Positions 1 through 14,073 of a stretch of 64,000 nt of DNA are shown in pieces (position 1 is the first letter of the stretch; each line of letters begins with the position of its first letter). Where the stretch lies: the NCBI GenBank assembly GCA_951406725.2, contig OX597838.1:17422001-17486000 (forward strand), in the 5' to 3' direction. Under the pieces are notes generated by a model, which saw only the letters and a list, made by a program, of their open reading frames with translations, was not told the DNA's origin and did no database searches. Made by a program: the position numbers and the translations under genes. The stretch is from Octopus vulgaris (Eukaryota).

Positions 1-221
1 TGTTGAACGAAACACCCATGTTTCCAGAGGTGAATTATTAAAACCCCAAAGAATCCCTCTCAACACATGACTATGATGCTCCCCCACTACTTCTGCTCGT
101 CATCAGAGATGCACATATCGTCAGCCACTAAGGAACATGCTCAACTGGTTAAGGTCGAACAACTGACAAGCAAATCTGTGGTATTGAGCAGAATAATTTC
201 TGTAGCCCATCGTTTATACCA
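1..221. repeat. Partial copy of a ~560-bp interspersed repeat associated with (ATT)n tracts
   Basis: Closely similar to ~52875-53098; followed by (ATT)n. Confidence 0.8.
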
Positions 222-240
222 AATAATTATTATTATTATT

Positions 241-1115
241 GATCAAGAAATCCATCTATTGCAAACAACCAGATGTTGCTCAAGATTGATACAGCGTCAA
301 AGAAAATGGTCTGATAAGCCTCTTCTGAAGGGCTTCCAGGCTGGGGACTGAACGACTTTCAAAATTCCTTGGCATGGCAACACTGTAGGAGGCATTACCT
401 GCTCGAGACAAGCTATACAGTCATAGAAGCGCCAACAGTCAAACTTGTTCAGATGCGTCCGGTGGAACAAAACGTTATCGTTCAATGTCCATGCATTGGG
501 GAATTCTGGGTTTGTGTTTTGTGTCGAACAGTTGCTGTCTTGTTCAGGATAAATCCAGAACAATCCGTCGAGTCTTTTTTGCAAAGAAGGAACCTTTTTC
601 TCTGCTAGGTGACTGTGACAAAAGAGGTTTTTTATTGTGTTTGATTCATCAGAAAGCTTTGACGACAGACATTTTCTTACAGTGTCAAGCTCTAACCAAC
701 TACTCCGAGTAGCACTTTGAGGAGAGAAATGAGGATAAAAGAGGGAATCAATGGATTCTCTTGTGTTTATCGAGAGAAGGCTTCGAAGGACAAGGCTGGT
801 GAATCTTAACGGACCTCTCTTGGGTATGCTTTTTCTAAGTATAAAGAAACTGAGAGAGGACACCTTTGATGCCGTTCAGTCGACAGAGTGATATGGGGGA
901 AGGGACCCTTTTCGTTTGAAGTTAACCTTGTGTTACGTTGTTGAGGAATATTTTTCTCGCTGAAATTTTTGTTTATATTTTTATATGTCTTTATTGTTGT
1001 TGATTTCTTTTTTGATCGATGTAACCCCGCTTTTTGTGTGTTGTATTTCTGCCACTTATATTGCCCACAATATAAAACCCTTGAAGCCAAATAAAAGAAA
1101 TCCTTCTCCTCTCCC
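241..1115 (+). mobile_element. Degraded 3' end of an L1/Tx1-type LINE (zinc-knuckle region plus 3' UTR)
   Basis: Frameshifted + strand reading NSLAWQ..R/EALPARDKLYSH...QTC..C...IVQCPCIGEFW resembles the zf-RVT region of L1/Tx1 ORF2. T-rich UTR with AATAAA near 1090. Confidence 0.6.
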
Positions 1116-1120
1116 TTATT

Positions 1121-1161
<41 letters not shown>

Positions 1162-1171
1162 CATCATCATT

Positions 1172-1278
1172 CAGTAGTTTTATTTTTATAACGTGCTTTC
1201 ACTTCACTACCGAGAGCAGCTCTATGTGCCTTGGGTATGTGCTGTGATTTGTTGTGATGCTCTGATGGTTACTGTATT
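1172..1278 (-). mobile_element. Short retroelement 3' end embedded in (TAA)n, possibly Dong/R4 type
   Basis: Unique ~100-bp segment flanked on both sides by (ATT)n. The minus strand ends ...aaaataaaactactgaa followed by (TGA/TAA)n. Family assignment is from recalled similarity only. Confidence 0.4.
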
Positions 1279-1372
1279 ACTGTATTATTATTATCATTAT
1301 TATTATTATCATTATTATTATTATTATTATTATCATTAGCAGTGGTAGTAGTAGTAGTAGTAGTAGTAGTAG

Positions 1373-1408
<36 letters not shown>

Positions 1409-1409
<1 letters not shown>

Positions 1410-1640
1410 GGCGAGCTGGCAGAAACGTTAGCACGCCGGGCGAAATGCGTAGCGGTATTTCGTCTGTCGTTACGTTCCGAGTTCAAATTCCGCCGAGGTC
1501 GACTTTGCCTTTCATCCTCTCGGGGTCGATAAATTAAGTACCAGTTACGCACTGGGGTCGATATAATCGACTTAATCCTTTTGTCTGTCCTTGCTTGTCC
1601 CCTCTGTGTTTAGCCCCTTGTGGGTAGTAAAGAAATAAAT
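1409..1640 (+). mobile_element. SINE family B (tRNA-like head, Nin/Deu-like central domain)
   Basis: Head ggcgagctggcagaaacg..gagttcaaattcc, then gtcgactttgcctttcatcct..ggggtcgataaattaagtaccag. Many copies in the window. Confidence 0.85.
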
Positions 1641-1988
1641 TATAATTATTATTATCATTAGTAGTAGTAGTAGTAGTAGTAGTAGTAGAAATCCTCTCTA
1701 CATAATTAAATGAATGAAATATTTTCATAAAAGATGAAAAAAACAAAAAAAAAATTAACTCGTAATATCGATTGTAATATTTAATAATAATAATAATAAT
1801 AATATTTTTAAAAAATAAATAAATCTGATCGTATCAGTTACATTGGTTTTTTTTACGACAATCAAAACCGACTCAAGCCAATTCTATTAAAAAAATACCC
1901 AGCCCAGTGATAACTCACAAATAGTCCTTTGTTGTTGTTCACCGTTTCTTTTTTATTTTTACTTTTATTTTTATTTTTATTTTTACAG

Positions 1989-2113
1989 TTGCAGATCGAA
2001 AACGCTAAAGTCTCTTCACAGTCGGCCTGTTTTGATCCTGGTCTGCGCTTTAGTTGTTGTGGAATGTATTTGTGTCCTGGCCGAATTGATGGTCGATTTA
2101 CAGGCAATACGTT
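1989..2113 (+). CDS. HVCN1: Internal coding exon of a voltage-gated proton channel (Hv family): S0-S1 segment
   Basis: Polypyrimidine tract plus ttttacag acceptor (ends 1988) and gtaagt donor (2114). Phase 2 to phase 1. Translates [41 protein letters not shown], which aligns without gaps to human Hv1 S1 (LVVLDALLVLAELILDL). This frame is not in the ORF track. Confidence 0.9.
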
Positions 2114-2215
2114 GTAAGTAGATTAACGTGTCTTCTATCGTTTTGGGGTTTTTTTGTTGTTTTTTTTGTTTTTTTTAAAATCTATTACTTATGTATCTAC
2201 GATTTATTAAAACAT

Positions 2216-2573
2216 CTTTTTCTTCCTTTCTTTCCTTCTTTCCTTCCTTTCTTTCTTTCTTCCCTCCTTTCTTTCTTCCTTTCTTTCTTCCTTCCTTTCT
2301 TTCTTCCTGTCTTCTTTTCTTTTTTCCTTCCTTTCTTTCTTTCTTTCTCTTTCTTCCTTCTTTCTTCCTTCCTTTCTTCCTTTCTTTCTTTCTTCTTTTC
2401 TTTCTTTCTTTCTTCCTTTCTTCCTCCCTTCCTTTCTTCCTTTCTCCCTTCCTTCCTTTCTTTCTTCCTTTCTGTCTTTCTTCCTTCCTTCTTTCCTTCC
2501 TTCCTTTCTTTCTTCCTTCCTTCATTCATTCCTTCTTTCCTTCCTTCTTTCTTCCTTTCTTTCTTTTTTTCTT

Positions 2574-2632
<59 letters not shown>
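2216..2632. repeat. Polypyrimidine (TTCC/TTTC)n plus (CT)n tract
   Basis: Directly visible. Confidence 0.95.
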
Positions 2633-2633
<1 letters not shown>

Positions 2634-2859
2634 ATCACGTCACAAAGTGTGTGTTCTTCAAGAAAGACATGTTCAAGATTGGTAATCTATTAAAAAAAAC
2701 AGAACCTTCATAGAACAGAAACTTCATAGCTTGAATTATTAGTAAGTTCTGGAATACTGCATTATTTTTATTAAAGGATAACGTGTCCATTCCACTGCAC
2801 TTCAGAGATACAATGGAATTGGATCAGCGAATGGATTGCAGAGGTATGATGAAGAAACT

Positions 2860-3329
<470 letters not shown>

Positions 3330-3569
3330 TATGGCACTTCAGAGTACATGGTAACCTGCCCATGTCTTTGTGTCGATTACAACTTAAACATTACACTCAT
3401 TCCTAATATAGAATCATTTTTCACTTGGACAGGTTATTATAACATTGTTATTACATAATACTGAGTCAATCGTAAACTTGCTCAGATCTCCCTCACTGCT
3501 TCCATTTTTGTCGTTTTCCTTAAAGAAAACTGACATTTCAAAAGTTTGAGGGGCACCTAGAAAGTTAGA

Positions 3570-3692
3570 TGTAATCTCCAGGGATACAGGCATCAAGCAA
3601 AAGGACCTCCATAATGCCATGATGGACCGTGAAGTCTGGCGTAGCATGGTAAATTCCATTGTCTCGACCACGGTCGAACAATGATGATGATG
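3570..3692 (+). mobile_element. 5'-truncated RTE-type LINE 3' end with target-site duplication
   Basis: Same family as 56463-56729. (TGA)n tail. 11-bp TSD agaaagttaga at 3559-3569 and 3693-3703. Confidence 0.85.
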
Positions 3693-5201
3693 AGAAAGTT
3701 AGAAGGCCGTGGATACTACCCATCCTTCGTGACTAAGCCATAATGTAGTTTATTGAAGCTGTTGTCTGTCATATAAAATAATGTCAGTCTTTCGCTAAAA
3801 GCTGATTGTTTCATCTGTAAACTCAGGCTATGAAGAAATTTTTTATCATCATTTTCTAAAAGAGTTGGTTTTTCATATTTGCACCGTAACATTTCATTTA
3901 AGTTGCTTTCGGCATCTTGGCCATCTTATTATATACTTTGTGGTGGAAATATCGTTCAAAAACAAAAGCGAGTCATTGTAGGCATCAGTATGAGGGAGAA
4001 AGAGAGAGAAAGACAGAGAGACAGAGAGAGATAGGGAGAGAAAGAGGTGAGAGGATGAGAGACAGAGATGGGCATAAAGAGATTGGTTTTCTAATTTGAT
4101 TCACGCAGTCATTCTTCATCGCAGACAGCGAACCATGATAGGACATCGCACTGTTCTACTTAAGTATCATAGCCTATCCTGCTAGTAGAAATAAATTACA
4201 AGAATAAAAATAGCAGAAACACATCATAATGTCTAACTTTGAGATGGAGTATCACGTGATCATCCTGCGAGAAAACAACATCAATATCTCTCAAATAGCA
4301 TCCTATTGTGTTTAGAAAACAAAGAGCGCATTTGATAATGAACGCCTGAAAGGGAGGTAAGAGACAGAGGTTTACTCAGAGTTCGCCGACAGCAAATAAA
4401 ATATATTTTCAGTTAAATAAGCACTACGTAAATAGGAGGTGCTTATGTTTACATGGTAAATATTAGTGTAATATCTATTTTGCCTATATCAAGTAGTAAT
4501 TAGTATTTTCCATACGTAAAACTACATATATAAAAATTCTTGCATGCAAATTAAAACTTGATTTATACAAATATAGATTCAGGTGGTCTCGCAAGTAAGT
4601 TCTACATGTCTTGCATACCTAAATTATATCTGAATTAGTAACCAGTAACTGTACGCAATATCTCTGAAACTTATTATTATTAATCTCTAATCCACCTAAG
4701 GATTGTGGCTAAAAAATATACACTAACCTAATTTAAGGTCTAGCAATCTTCATTTGAAATCTAAACCTAGGGTCAATATAGGGTCAACACGGTAGCGGTT
4801 TTTATGGTTGTATCAGGTTCCCAAATGTTCCATTCACATTCCTTACACTCTAAACCTATAGTCATCTACCAAATACAATGCTAGAAAAACCTAGATATTC
4901 TTAGCACGCTTCAGACTACGTGATGGCTGAGCCTTGAATAAAGTTGTAAAGACTAATAACCAGACGAATGTAAATGAATGAAAATGTAATTGCTTGATGT
5001 CCATGTAGCAGAAACATGCGTCGGACATGTTTAAATCAAATATGGTGTATAATGTAGATGTATTAATCTCCGTAGTCCTTATAATTGTGGAGGATTCAGT
5101 TGTGCGATTGCTCGCTCCTTAAACCTTTAGTAAGGGGTAACTGGTTGAACATTTCACAAATTAGTATACCCTTGTAATTCTCAGGTTAAATAGGGGTCAC
5201 A

Positions 5202-5247
<46 letters not shown>

Positions 5248-5271
5248 GTAGGTGAGTGGGTGGGTGGGTGG

Positions 5272-5307
<36 letters not shown>

Positions 5308-6536
5308 CTGTGTGTGTGTCTGTGTGTGATACAAGGTTATATCCTTTGAATTACAGATACAATCCGTCCGACGGTCTTCTGTGCAGTTACTTTCGACCGA
5401 GGCCATAGAAAATTATATATGCCCAAGATGTTATATTGTTACTATCCTCATCTCAGAGGCTTAGCTACTGTACTTCGTTCACTGGGATGAAGTGTATGTG
5501 TGTTAAAGATCAATCATACGCACTTTCTTTTTTTAATGAAAATAACGATGTATCGCAGCATATGTTAAAAAATGACCGAGTTGTGCTGTAGCAGAATGAT
5601 ATAATATATTTTGTCTTCGTGGTTGCTCCATAGTTAAGCTACTTCAAAGCGTTTGTTGTGTGTATTATTCTTCCAACAATTGAAATAATTTCAATAATAG
5701 TTCTTGACTTGTTAATTCAGTATACTGTATCAAGGTATTTTTCCACCAAATATATATCTATATCCCATTGAGTAGACGAAGAAAAGCAACATTTTAACTA
5801 TTAACAAATTGATCTTTAACTCTATAGGGGACATAATGAACAACATTTTAAAAGGGTTATATTACTTGTAAGCAGATCTTTGCCAGCAGGACGAAAAACA
5901 AAAATCAATTACTAATGTGGTACCCCACTAATGACCGATAAAAAGTAATTGGTGACGAGATATTATAAGCAAAGATTACTCTAACCTTAATAGCTTCGGC
6001 AATTCTCGGTTCTATCAAATGGTTTATTGTCTCACTAAACGAGAAACAGCTTGTCATTAACTTTATTTGCAAAAAAAGATCCTCGTTTATGGAACAGTTT
6101 TGTCTATGTGAGAACTATTTGCTCAACACCGTTTAGAGACGTTAAAAGCGAGATTTATGTTCTTGAAATTAAGACATGACTTCGCTTACCTTGCGCAAGA
6201 ACTATTGATTCCTGGAGAATATCTATAGCAAATCATTCTAAGAGTTTACTCAGCTGAAGGGAAAGAATTTATTAATTCCATTAGTTTCGATGGTAATGAG
6301 TAATAAATATGATAATGGATTTAGGAATACTCTTCAACATCACAATTCAACAATGAGAGGATATAGCAAACCCTGTTTGATGTTGCGTGGTTCATTTATG
6401 TAGCATTCGTTTGTTAGAGTTGGAACTTTGGTTAGTTATTCAAGATAAAAATTCTTCCAATCATTTATAGCATAAAACATGACCAGATTTCAGAAATTTA
6501 TGTATACATCAATTTACGTATGTGCATATACATATC

Positions 6537-6586
<50 letters not shown>

Positions 6587-6616
6587 ATATATATATACAT
6601 ACATATATGTATGATG

Positions 6617-6790
6617 GATCGCTAGCCACTAAACATTTTTTATATTTTCTCTCCATGTTTCTTTCTGTGTTCCTTTCTGTCGAAGAGCGTAGGTTCGAAA
6701 CGTAAAAGACTTTCGCATTTCCCGAGCGTTAAACTAAAACATCTGTTTGTTGTTTACACATCCGTCTTCGTCTTTTGTAAATTATCACTA
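6617..6790 (+). mobile_element. Penelope-type short repeat with variant hammerhead motif
   Basis: CTTT-CTGTCGA-A-GAGC-gtag-GTTC-GAA-ACGT-A-AAAG at 6673-6708. Truncated second copy at 54629-54740. Confidence 0.6.
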
Positions 6791-6851
6791 TACACACACA
6801 CACACACACACAGACACACACACGGATGGCTGAAACAAGTAAAAGAGTAAA

Positions 6852-6916
<65 letters not shown>

Positions 6917-6919
<3 letters not shown>

Positions 6920-7281
6920 TGAAGTGTAAAGACCCCGACACCTTCGGTCATCGATGACCATGGGATTGCACCTACAAAGTTCTCCTACGAGGCACAAGTC
7001 TGGGCAAGGTTGTCTTTGTGGAAGGCCAGCAATTTTTGTGGAAGTCCATGCATACCAATCTCCCATCTTCATGCCACCGATGTTATCCAAGGGAAAGGCA
7101 AGGACCAATACAGCTTGGCACTAGTGACGTCGCAGCTCATTTCTACAGCTGAGTGAACGGGAGCAACGTGAAATGAAGTGTCTTGCTTAAGAACACAATA
7201 CAGAGCCTGGTCGGGAGTTGAATTCACTACATCATGATTGTAAGCCCGACGCTCTAACTACTGAGCAATGCACGTTCACCC
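6917..7281 (-). mobile_element. tRNA-derived SINE with CORE-like segment (family D)
   Basis: Minus strand: tgctcagtagttagagcg..aattcaactccc, then gtgttcttaagcaagacacttcatttcacgttgctcc, shared with 28790-29015. Confidence 0.65.
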
Positions 7282-7288
7282 TATATAT

Positions 7289-7437
7289 AGGGTTGTGTGG
7301 CAAAAAGCTTGCTTCCCAATAACATGGTTCCGAGTTCAGTCCCACTGCATGGCACCTTGGGCAAGTGTCTTCTACTATAGCCTCGGGCCGACCACGGCCT
7401 TGTGAGTGTATTTGGTAGACGGAAACTGAAAGAAGCT

Positions 7438-7503
<66 letters not shown>

Positions 7504-7708
7504 CTGTGTTTGTCCCCCCAGCATCGCTTGACGACCGATGCTTGGTTGTTTAGGACCCTGTAACTTAGTGGTTCGGCAAAAGAGACCGATAGAATAAGTA
7601 CTAGGCTTTCATGGAATAAGTCCTGGTGTCGATTAGCTCGACTAAAGGCGTTGCTCCAGCATGGCAGCAGTCAAATGACTGAAACAAGTAAAAGAGAAAA
7701 GAAAAGAG
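7289..7708 (+). mobile_element. SINE family A
   Basis: Same consensus as 2860-3329. Confidence 0.85.
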
Positions 7709-7952
7709 ATATACATACATAGTAATCCCTTTCTAATGGAACTCTCCTATCTGCAAACCGAAAGCGAGTAGTGCTCGACTACTTTCCACGAGTTCGTCCT
7801 ATTGTCATGGAATATCTACGTATACTCCATGCACGAGGATAGTGAACAGCTTATAGTTTGCTGACGGAAAACAGGTACAGGATATGTAGGCCTGTATGTA
7901 TGTATGTATGTATGTATGTATGTATGTATGTATGTATGTATGTATGTGTGTA

Positions 7953-8340
7953 GAGGCGCAATGGCCCAGTGGTTAGGGCAGCGGACTCGCGGTCATAGGA
8001 TCACGGTTTCGATTCCCAGACCGGGCGTTGTGAGTGTTTATTGAGCGAAAACACCTAAAAGCTCCACGAGGCTCCGGCAGGGGATGGTGGTGATTCCTGC
8101 TGTACTCTTTCACCACAACTTTCTCTCACTCTTACTTCCTGTTTCTGTTGTACCTGTATTTCAAGGAGCCGGCCTTGTCACTCACTGTGTCACGCTGAAT
8201 ATCCCCGAGAACTACGTTAAGGGTGCACGTGTCTGTGGAGTGCTCAGCCACATACACGTTAATTTCACGAGCAGGCTGTTCCGTTGATTCGGATCAACCG
8301 GAACCCTCATCGTCGTAACCGACGGAGTGCTTCCATCCAT
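7953..8340 (+). mobile_element. SINE family C (tRNA-derived head), tail type 1
   Basis: A box tggcccagtgg, B box ggtttcgattccc. Near-identical to 47388-47762 (-) and 17824-18081. Confidence 0.85.
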
Positions 8341-8463
8341 GTATGTATGCATGTATGTATGTTACTATATTTTATATCTTATATGTAAAGAATAATATGT
8401 TATATGTATGTATATTATTGTAATTATCAGTTTAGTAAATAAATAAATAAGTTAACATAATTT

Positions 8464-8907
8464 GGACATTTTCGGTTTGAACGGCAGTTTTTTCTAACGG
8501 TGTCATATGAAATTGTCCCCCATAATTATGACCCTAGTATCGATCTATTGCATTTCAATCTGCTTTAGGGTTAGGGTTAGTTAGGGCTGGTTAGGGTGGG
8601 TTAGGGGTGGGGGTAGGGTATCTTTTTTTCTTCAGAAATGTAAATAAACCCAATCTGTTTCTTAAACGAGGGACGTATTCATACAGTACAGAATGTTTTT
8701 TTTTACCTCAATAGACGTCATTGATTGGTTGAACTTGCAGAAATTGAAGAAAAAAACCAACAAATATCTTACAAACCATAGAATTTTCTCAATAAAGCCA
8801 AGAGAAAATAATGTTTTATAAACACATTCTACCAGTATACGAAGTTTAAATGTGTTTAGTTACGTGGAAATTATTTTTAAAAACTGCCGGTCAAAGCGAA
8901 AAGATCC
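8464..8907. mobile_element. Merlin-like non-autonomous DNA transposon with internal TTAGGG-like repeats
   Basis: ~30-bp TIRs starting GG (consensus ggatcttttcggtttgaccggcagtttt). 8-bp TSD cataattt. Second copy at 55680-56117. Confidence 0.8.
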
Positions 8908-9480
8908 CATAATTTTATGTCTAAAAGTTGATGAAACACATATTTGTTCTCCTCCATTTTCTTATTTGCTATATATGTATATATATATGTATATATATAT
9001 ATATATATATGCACACACACACACACACAAACATTATGTATATATGTGTGTGTATGTATGTATGTATGTATGTATAATGAGAGTGAGATAGACGAGCAAA
9101 CAGACAAACAGACAGACAGATAGATAGAAAGATATTAATGTTTGTTTTTATGTTTACTTATAATTAAAAAAAAATCAATTTTGCATCATTAACCTGATGG
9201 GTTACCCCGTGCTTTTGTAGAGTATAAATCCATTATTCTTATATAAGAATGTTGTTGACAGCGACTTCGAAGTGTCGGCCATTCTTGTACAGGAATAATA
9301 AGTAGATAGATAGATAGATAAATTGATTGATTGATTGATTGATAGAGAATGCTGTCACTCACAAAAATTAGTATAAACTAAATGTAAAGTGATGTTTTAA
9401 ATAAATTTTTAAAAATACAACATTCCCCCATCTCTCTCTCTCCCCCTCACTCAATTCCTCCTCCCCCCTCTCTCTCTCAC

Positions 9481-9511
<31 letters not shown>

Positions 9512-10004
9512 TCTTCGTAGTACAATACTACCCTTCAAGGATTCCTTAAAAATTTCTAAGCCTATCTGTCAATGATCACAAAAGTCCATTGTGTTTTCCT
9601 GGCACCCCAATCTATCGATCAGTGCTCATTGTTAACATATATAAATTGTGTTATATCTACATTTAACACGATCTTCAAGTCAATAAACCTTTTCAACAAA
9701 TATATACACGAGATTTCCGACATTTAATTTGAGAAAGGGGCAGAACACAAAAGCGCAACCGGATATATGTGCATACGTACGCATTTGTGTATGTATATAT
9801 GAATGTATATATTTAAATTTGTATGTATCTACACGTGTGTATGCAGTATATATATATATCTGTGTGTATGTATGTGTGCGTATACAATTTTCTGGTATAT
9901 TTTACACGCATATATATATTAGATATATCTATATGTTGCAATATCTTTGTTTTTCTCTCAGCCTATTTATAGCCATCAATTTATCTCCTACACACACTGT
10001 TCCT

Positions 10005-10035
<31 letters not shown>

Positions 10036-10395
10036 CTTCTTCACCCCGCTCTGTATTTCTCTGTTCTCTTTCTCTCTTTCTCACGGTATATGTGTGTATA
10101 GATGTGTACACACACACACACATATATATATATTCAAGCGCCTATATATATGTCTGTGTACACGCGCGTTGATGTGCCGTTGTATAGATTCACGCATATA
10201 TACACATGTAAGTGCATGTGTGTGTATATATATATATACGCGTATATGTGAGTGTGTGTATATATTGTATGTATGTATATATATATATATATATATATGT
10301 GTGTTTGTGTACACGCGCGTTTATGTGCCTTTGTATAGATACACGCATATATATACATGTGAGTATATGTACGTGTATATATATATATATATGTG

Positions 10396-10489
<94 letters not shown>

Positions 10490-10972
10490 TATGCGCATGT
10501 GTGAGTGTGTGTGTGTATATATATATATATGTATGTATGTATGTATACAGTCACACGCGCACATCTATTTATACACCCATCGATCCACCAGCAAACCTTC
10601 TTCGATCGAACTATTCCTATTTTTATCTGCTCATTTGCCTCCCTAACTACCCGTCCACCCACCCACCTACTTAATTACCTACCCTAACAGCCTACCCTCC
10701 CAGCTATCCACCTACCTCGCTCCACCCCCCACGTCTTCTTCCTTATCTATCTCTGGCTAATTATAATATAAACGTTTGATAATCTAAATTGACAACATCC
10801 ATTATAAACCATTCAAGCCGTCTTTCTGCTGCTGCTGCTGCTACCGCTGCTGCTGCTGCTACCGCTGCTGCTGCTGCGTTCTTCCATATCGGGACGAGAT
10901 TAAAGAACAACAGAAAAAAACAATACAAAAAGAGCCATCCCAATTACACCAGCATATCCTCATGATGTAAGT

Positions 10973-11568
<596 letters not shown>

Positions 11569-12073
11569 GCGGTGTTTGTCCCCAACATCGCTTGACAACC
11601 GATGCTGGTGTGTTTACCTTCCCCCGTTCGGTTAAAGAGATCGATAGAAGTAAGTACTAGGCTTACAAAGAAATAAATCTCAGGGGATCGATTTGCTCGA
11701 CCTAAAGGCGTTGCTCCAGCATGGCTGCAATCAAATAATTGACAAGAAACAAGTAAAAGAGGAAAACAATTGTCATTCCAATTATCCCACGACCTTATTT
11801 TGGGGGGGAAACCCATGCCCTTATTTATTGAACTGTATCTCAAAACGCCGGGTATCATTTGTCCAGATCCACTTCTGGTCACGTCGATTCACACGTTTAT
11901 GCAAATTTCATTTCATTGAGTTTTAGGTCAGTTTTATTTGTTTCTGTTAGGATCCAGTCCGGTGTTCAAGGGAGAGATTCCACAATAATCCAACTATAAA
12001 ATAGACGGATGCATATTATGCTCGCGCTTAATTTGTGCTTCTCTGGTTGCTAACATTTGCAGCAGAGCATATG

Positions 12074-12164
12074 TCTGTCTGTCTATCTATCTATCTATCG
12101 ATCGATCGATCTATCTGTCTGTCTGTCTATCTATCCATCCATCTATCTATCTGTCTATCCATCC

Positions 12165-12195
<31 letters not shown>

Positions 12196-12240
12196 CATCC
12201 ATCCATCCATCTATCTGTCTGTCTATCTATCCATTCATCC

Positions 12241-12291
<51 letters not shown>

Positions 12292-12387
12292 CATCCATCC
12301 ATCCATCATCCATCTATCTATCTATCTGTCTATCTATCCATCCATCCATCTATCTATCTATCTGTCTATCTATCCATCCATCCATCC

Positions 12388-12474
<87 letters not shown>

Positions 12475-12485
12475 CGTCCATCCAA

Positions 12486-12558
<73 letters not shown>

Positions 12559-12665
12559 CATCCATCCATCCATCCATCCATCCGTCTGTCTATCTGTCTG
12601 TCTGTCTATCTCTCTATTTATCTATCTATTTATCTATCGATCCATCTGTCTAACTATCTATCTAT
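12074..12665. repeat. (TCTA/TCCA/TCTG)n tetranucleotide microsatellite
   Basis: Directly visible. Similar tracts at 13325-13530, 35352-35770 and 41348-41620. Confidence 0.95.
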
Positions 12666-13151
12666 TATCTGAATGAGCTTGGGTGCACACTATATATGGA
12701 TTTGCAAACGAATGCATATATATATATATATATATATGTGTGTGCATTTATGTGTGACTGCGAGTGTACATAGAAGCAGTGTGTGTCCATTTGTGTAGAA
12801 AAACAAAAAGCGATATATTGAGGGAGAAGACAACGGAGAAATAGAGAATTTATGCGTCTGTAATAGAAAAGAGTAATACAGAGAGAATAACAGAATAACA
12901 GAATAACAGAATAAGAGAGAACGAGAGAAGACATAAACCTACAGACTACGTATACAAACCATTCTAGTGTATCTACACGCAAAATTGAAATTACTGTAGA
13001 TTTCTACATAAAAACCTACTTCTGCTACAGAACCGTTTACACCAATTCTCTCGCATCCAAGAATACATACAGAAACCAAAATTACTTTACATCTCTCTTA
13101 CTCTCTTTATTTTTCTTCCTCCCCTCTCACTCTCCCTGTTTCTCTCTCTCT

Positions 13152-13201
<50 letters not shown>

Positions 13202-13337
13202 CTCTCTTTCTGTCTCTCTCGGTCTGCGTATATGTGTGTGTATGCACGGATGTATGTATTTATGTATACTACACATATATTTATGTATGTGTATGAATAT
13301 ATGTATACTGATATACATATCTATAGAGATAGGTAGG

Positions 13338-13506
<169 letters not shown>

Positions 13507-13671
13507 GTAGATAGACAGATAGATAGATACAGCATAAATATGAAAAAATTGATTTTAATTTAAAAGTAAATACGAGAAAGCCCTCCTGTGGCTATAATAA
13601 AAAATGTAAACACCTTATTACAGCCACAGTGAAGCTTTCTAATATATATACTGATACATATAAAATATACA

Positions 13672-13714
<43 letters not shown>

Positions 13715-14025
13715 AGAAATATATATATATATATAAACACACACACACACACACGTGTATATGAATGTGTGTGTGTCTGTGTGTGCGTGCGTGTAGGTAA
13801 GCCTCACCAGTAATGTGATCTGTACAGAAAGCTAAGCTAATGTAGCAAACAGCTTCACATTCTAAATGAACATTGATTATTACGTCACCAACACCCAATC
13901 TATGGTGCTCGCTCCATCATTATTTATCCACCTTCTCACTGCACACGTGACATCACATGTCGCTTATGAAACCGGTAATAAATGTAAATGTAAATACATA
14001 CATACATATACATGTGTGTGTGTGC

Positions 14026-14073
<48 letters not shown>

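Noticed and set aside
297-863. 188-aa minus-strand ORF
   Set aside because: No recognisable motif; the opposite strand carries degraded L1/Tx1 ORF2 motifs, so it is an antisense shadow.
5633-5770. Hydrophobic reading FKAFVVCIILPTIEIISIIVLDLLIQ after a possible acceptor, S1-like
   Set aside because: Acidic-residue spacing and donor phase do not fit, and a far better S1 exon exists at 1989-2113.
7953-8030. tRNA-like sequences at SINE heads
   Set aside because: A/B boxes are present but there is no complete cloverleaf, and they continue into SINE bodies; not tRNA genes.
10760-10972. (CTG)n-containing segment ending in gtaagt
   Set aside because: No clear acceptor, and the frame that would join the 24836 exon has a stop. 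It could be a non-coding exon but this is unsupported.
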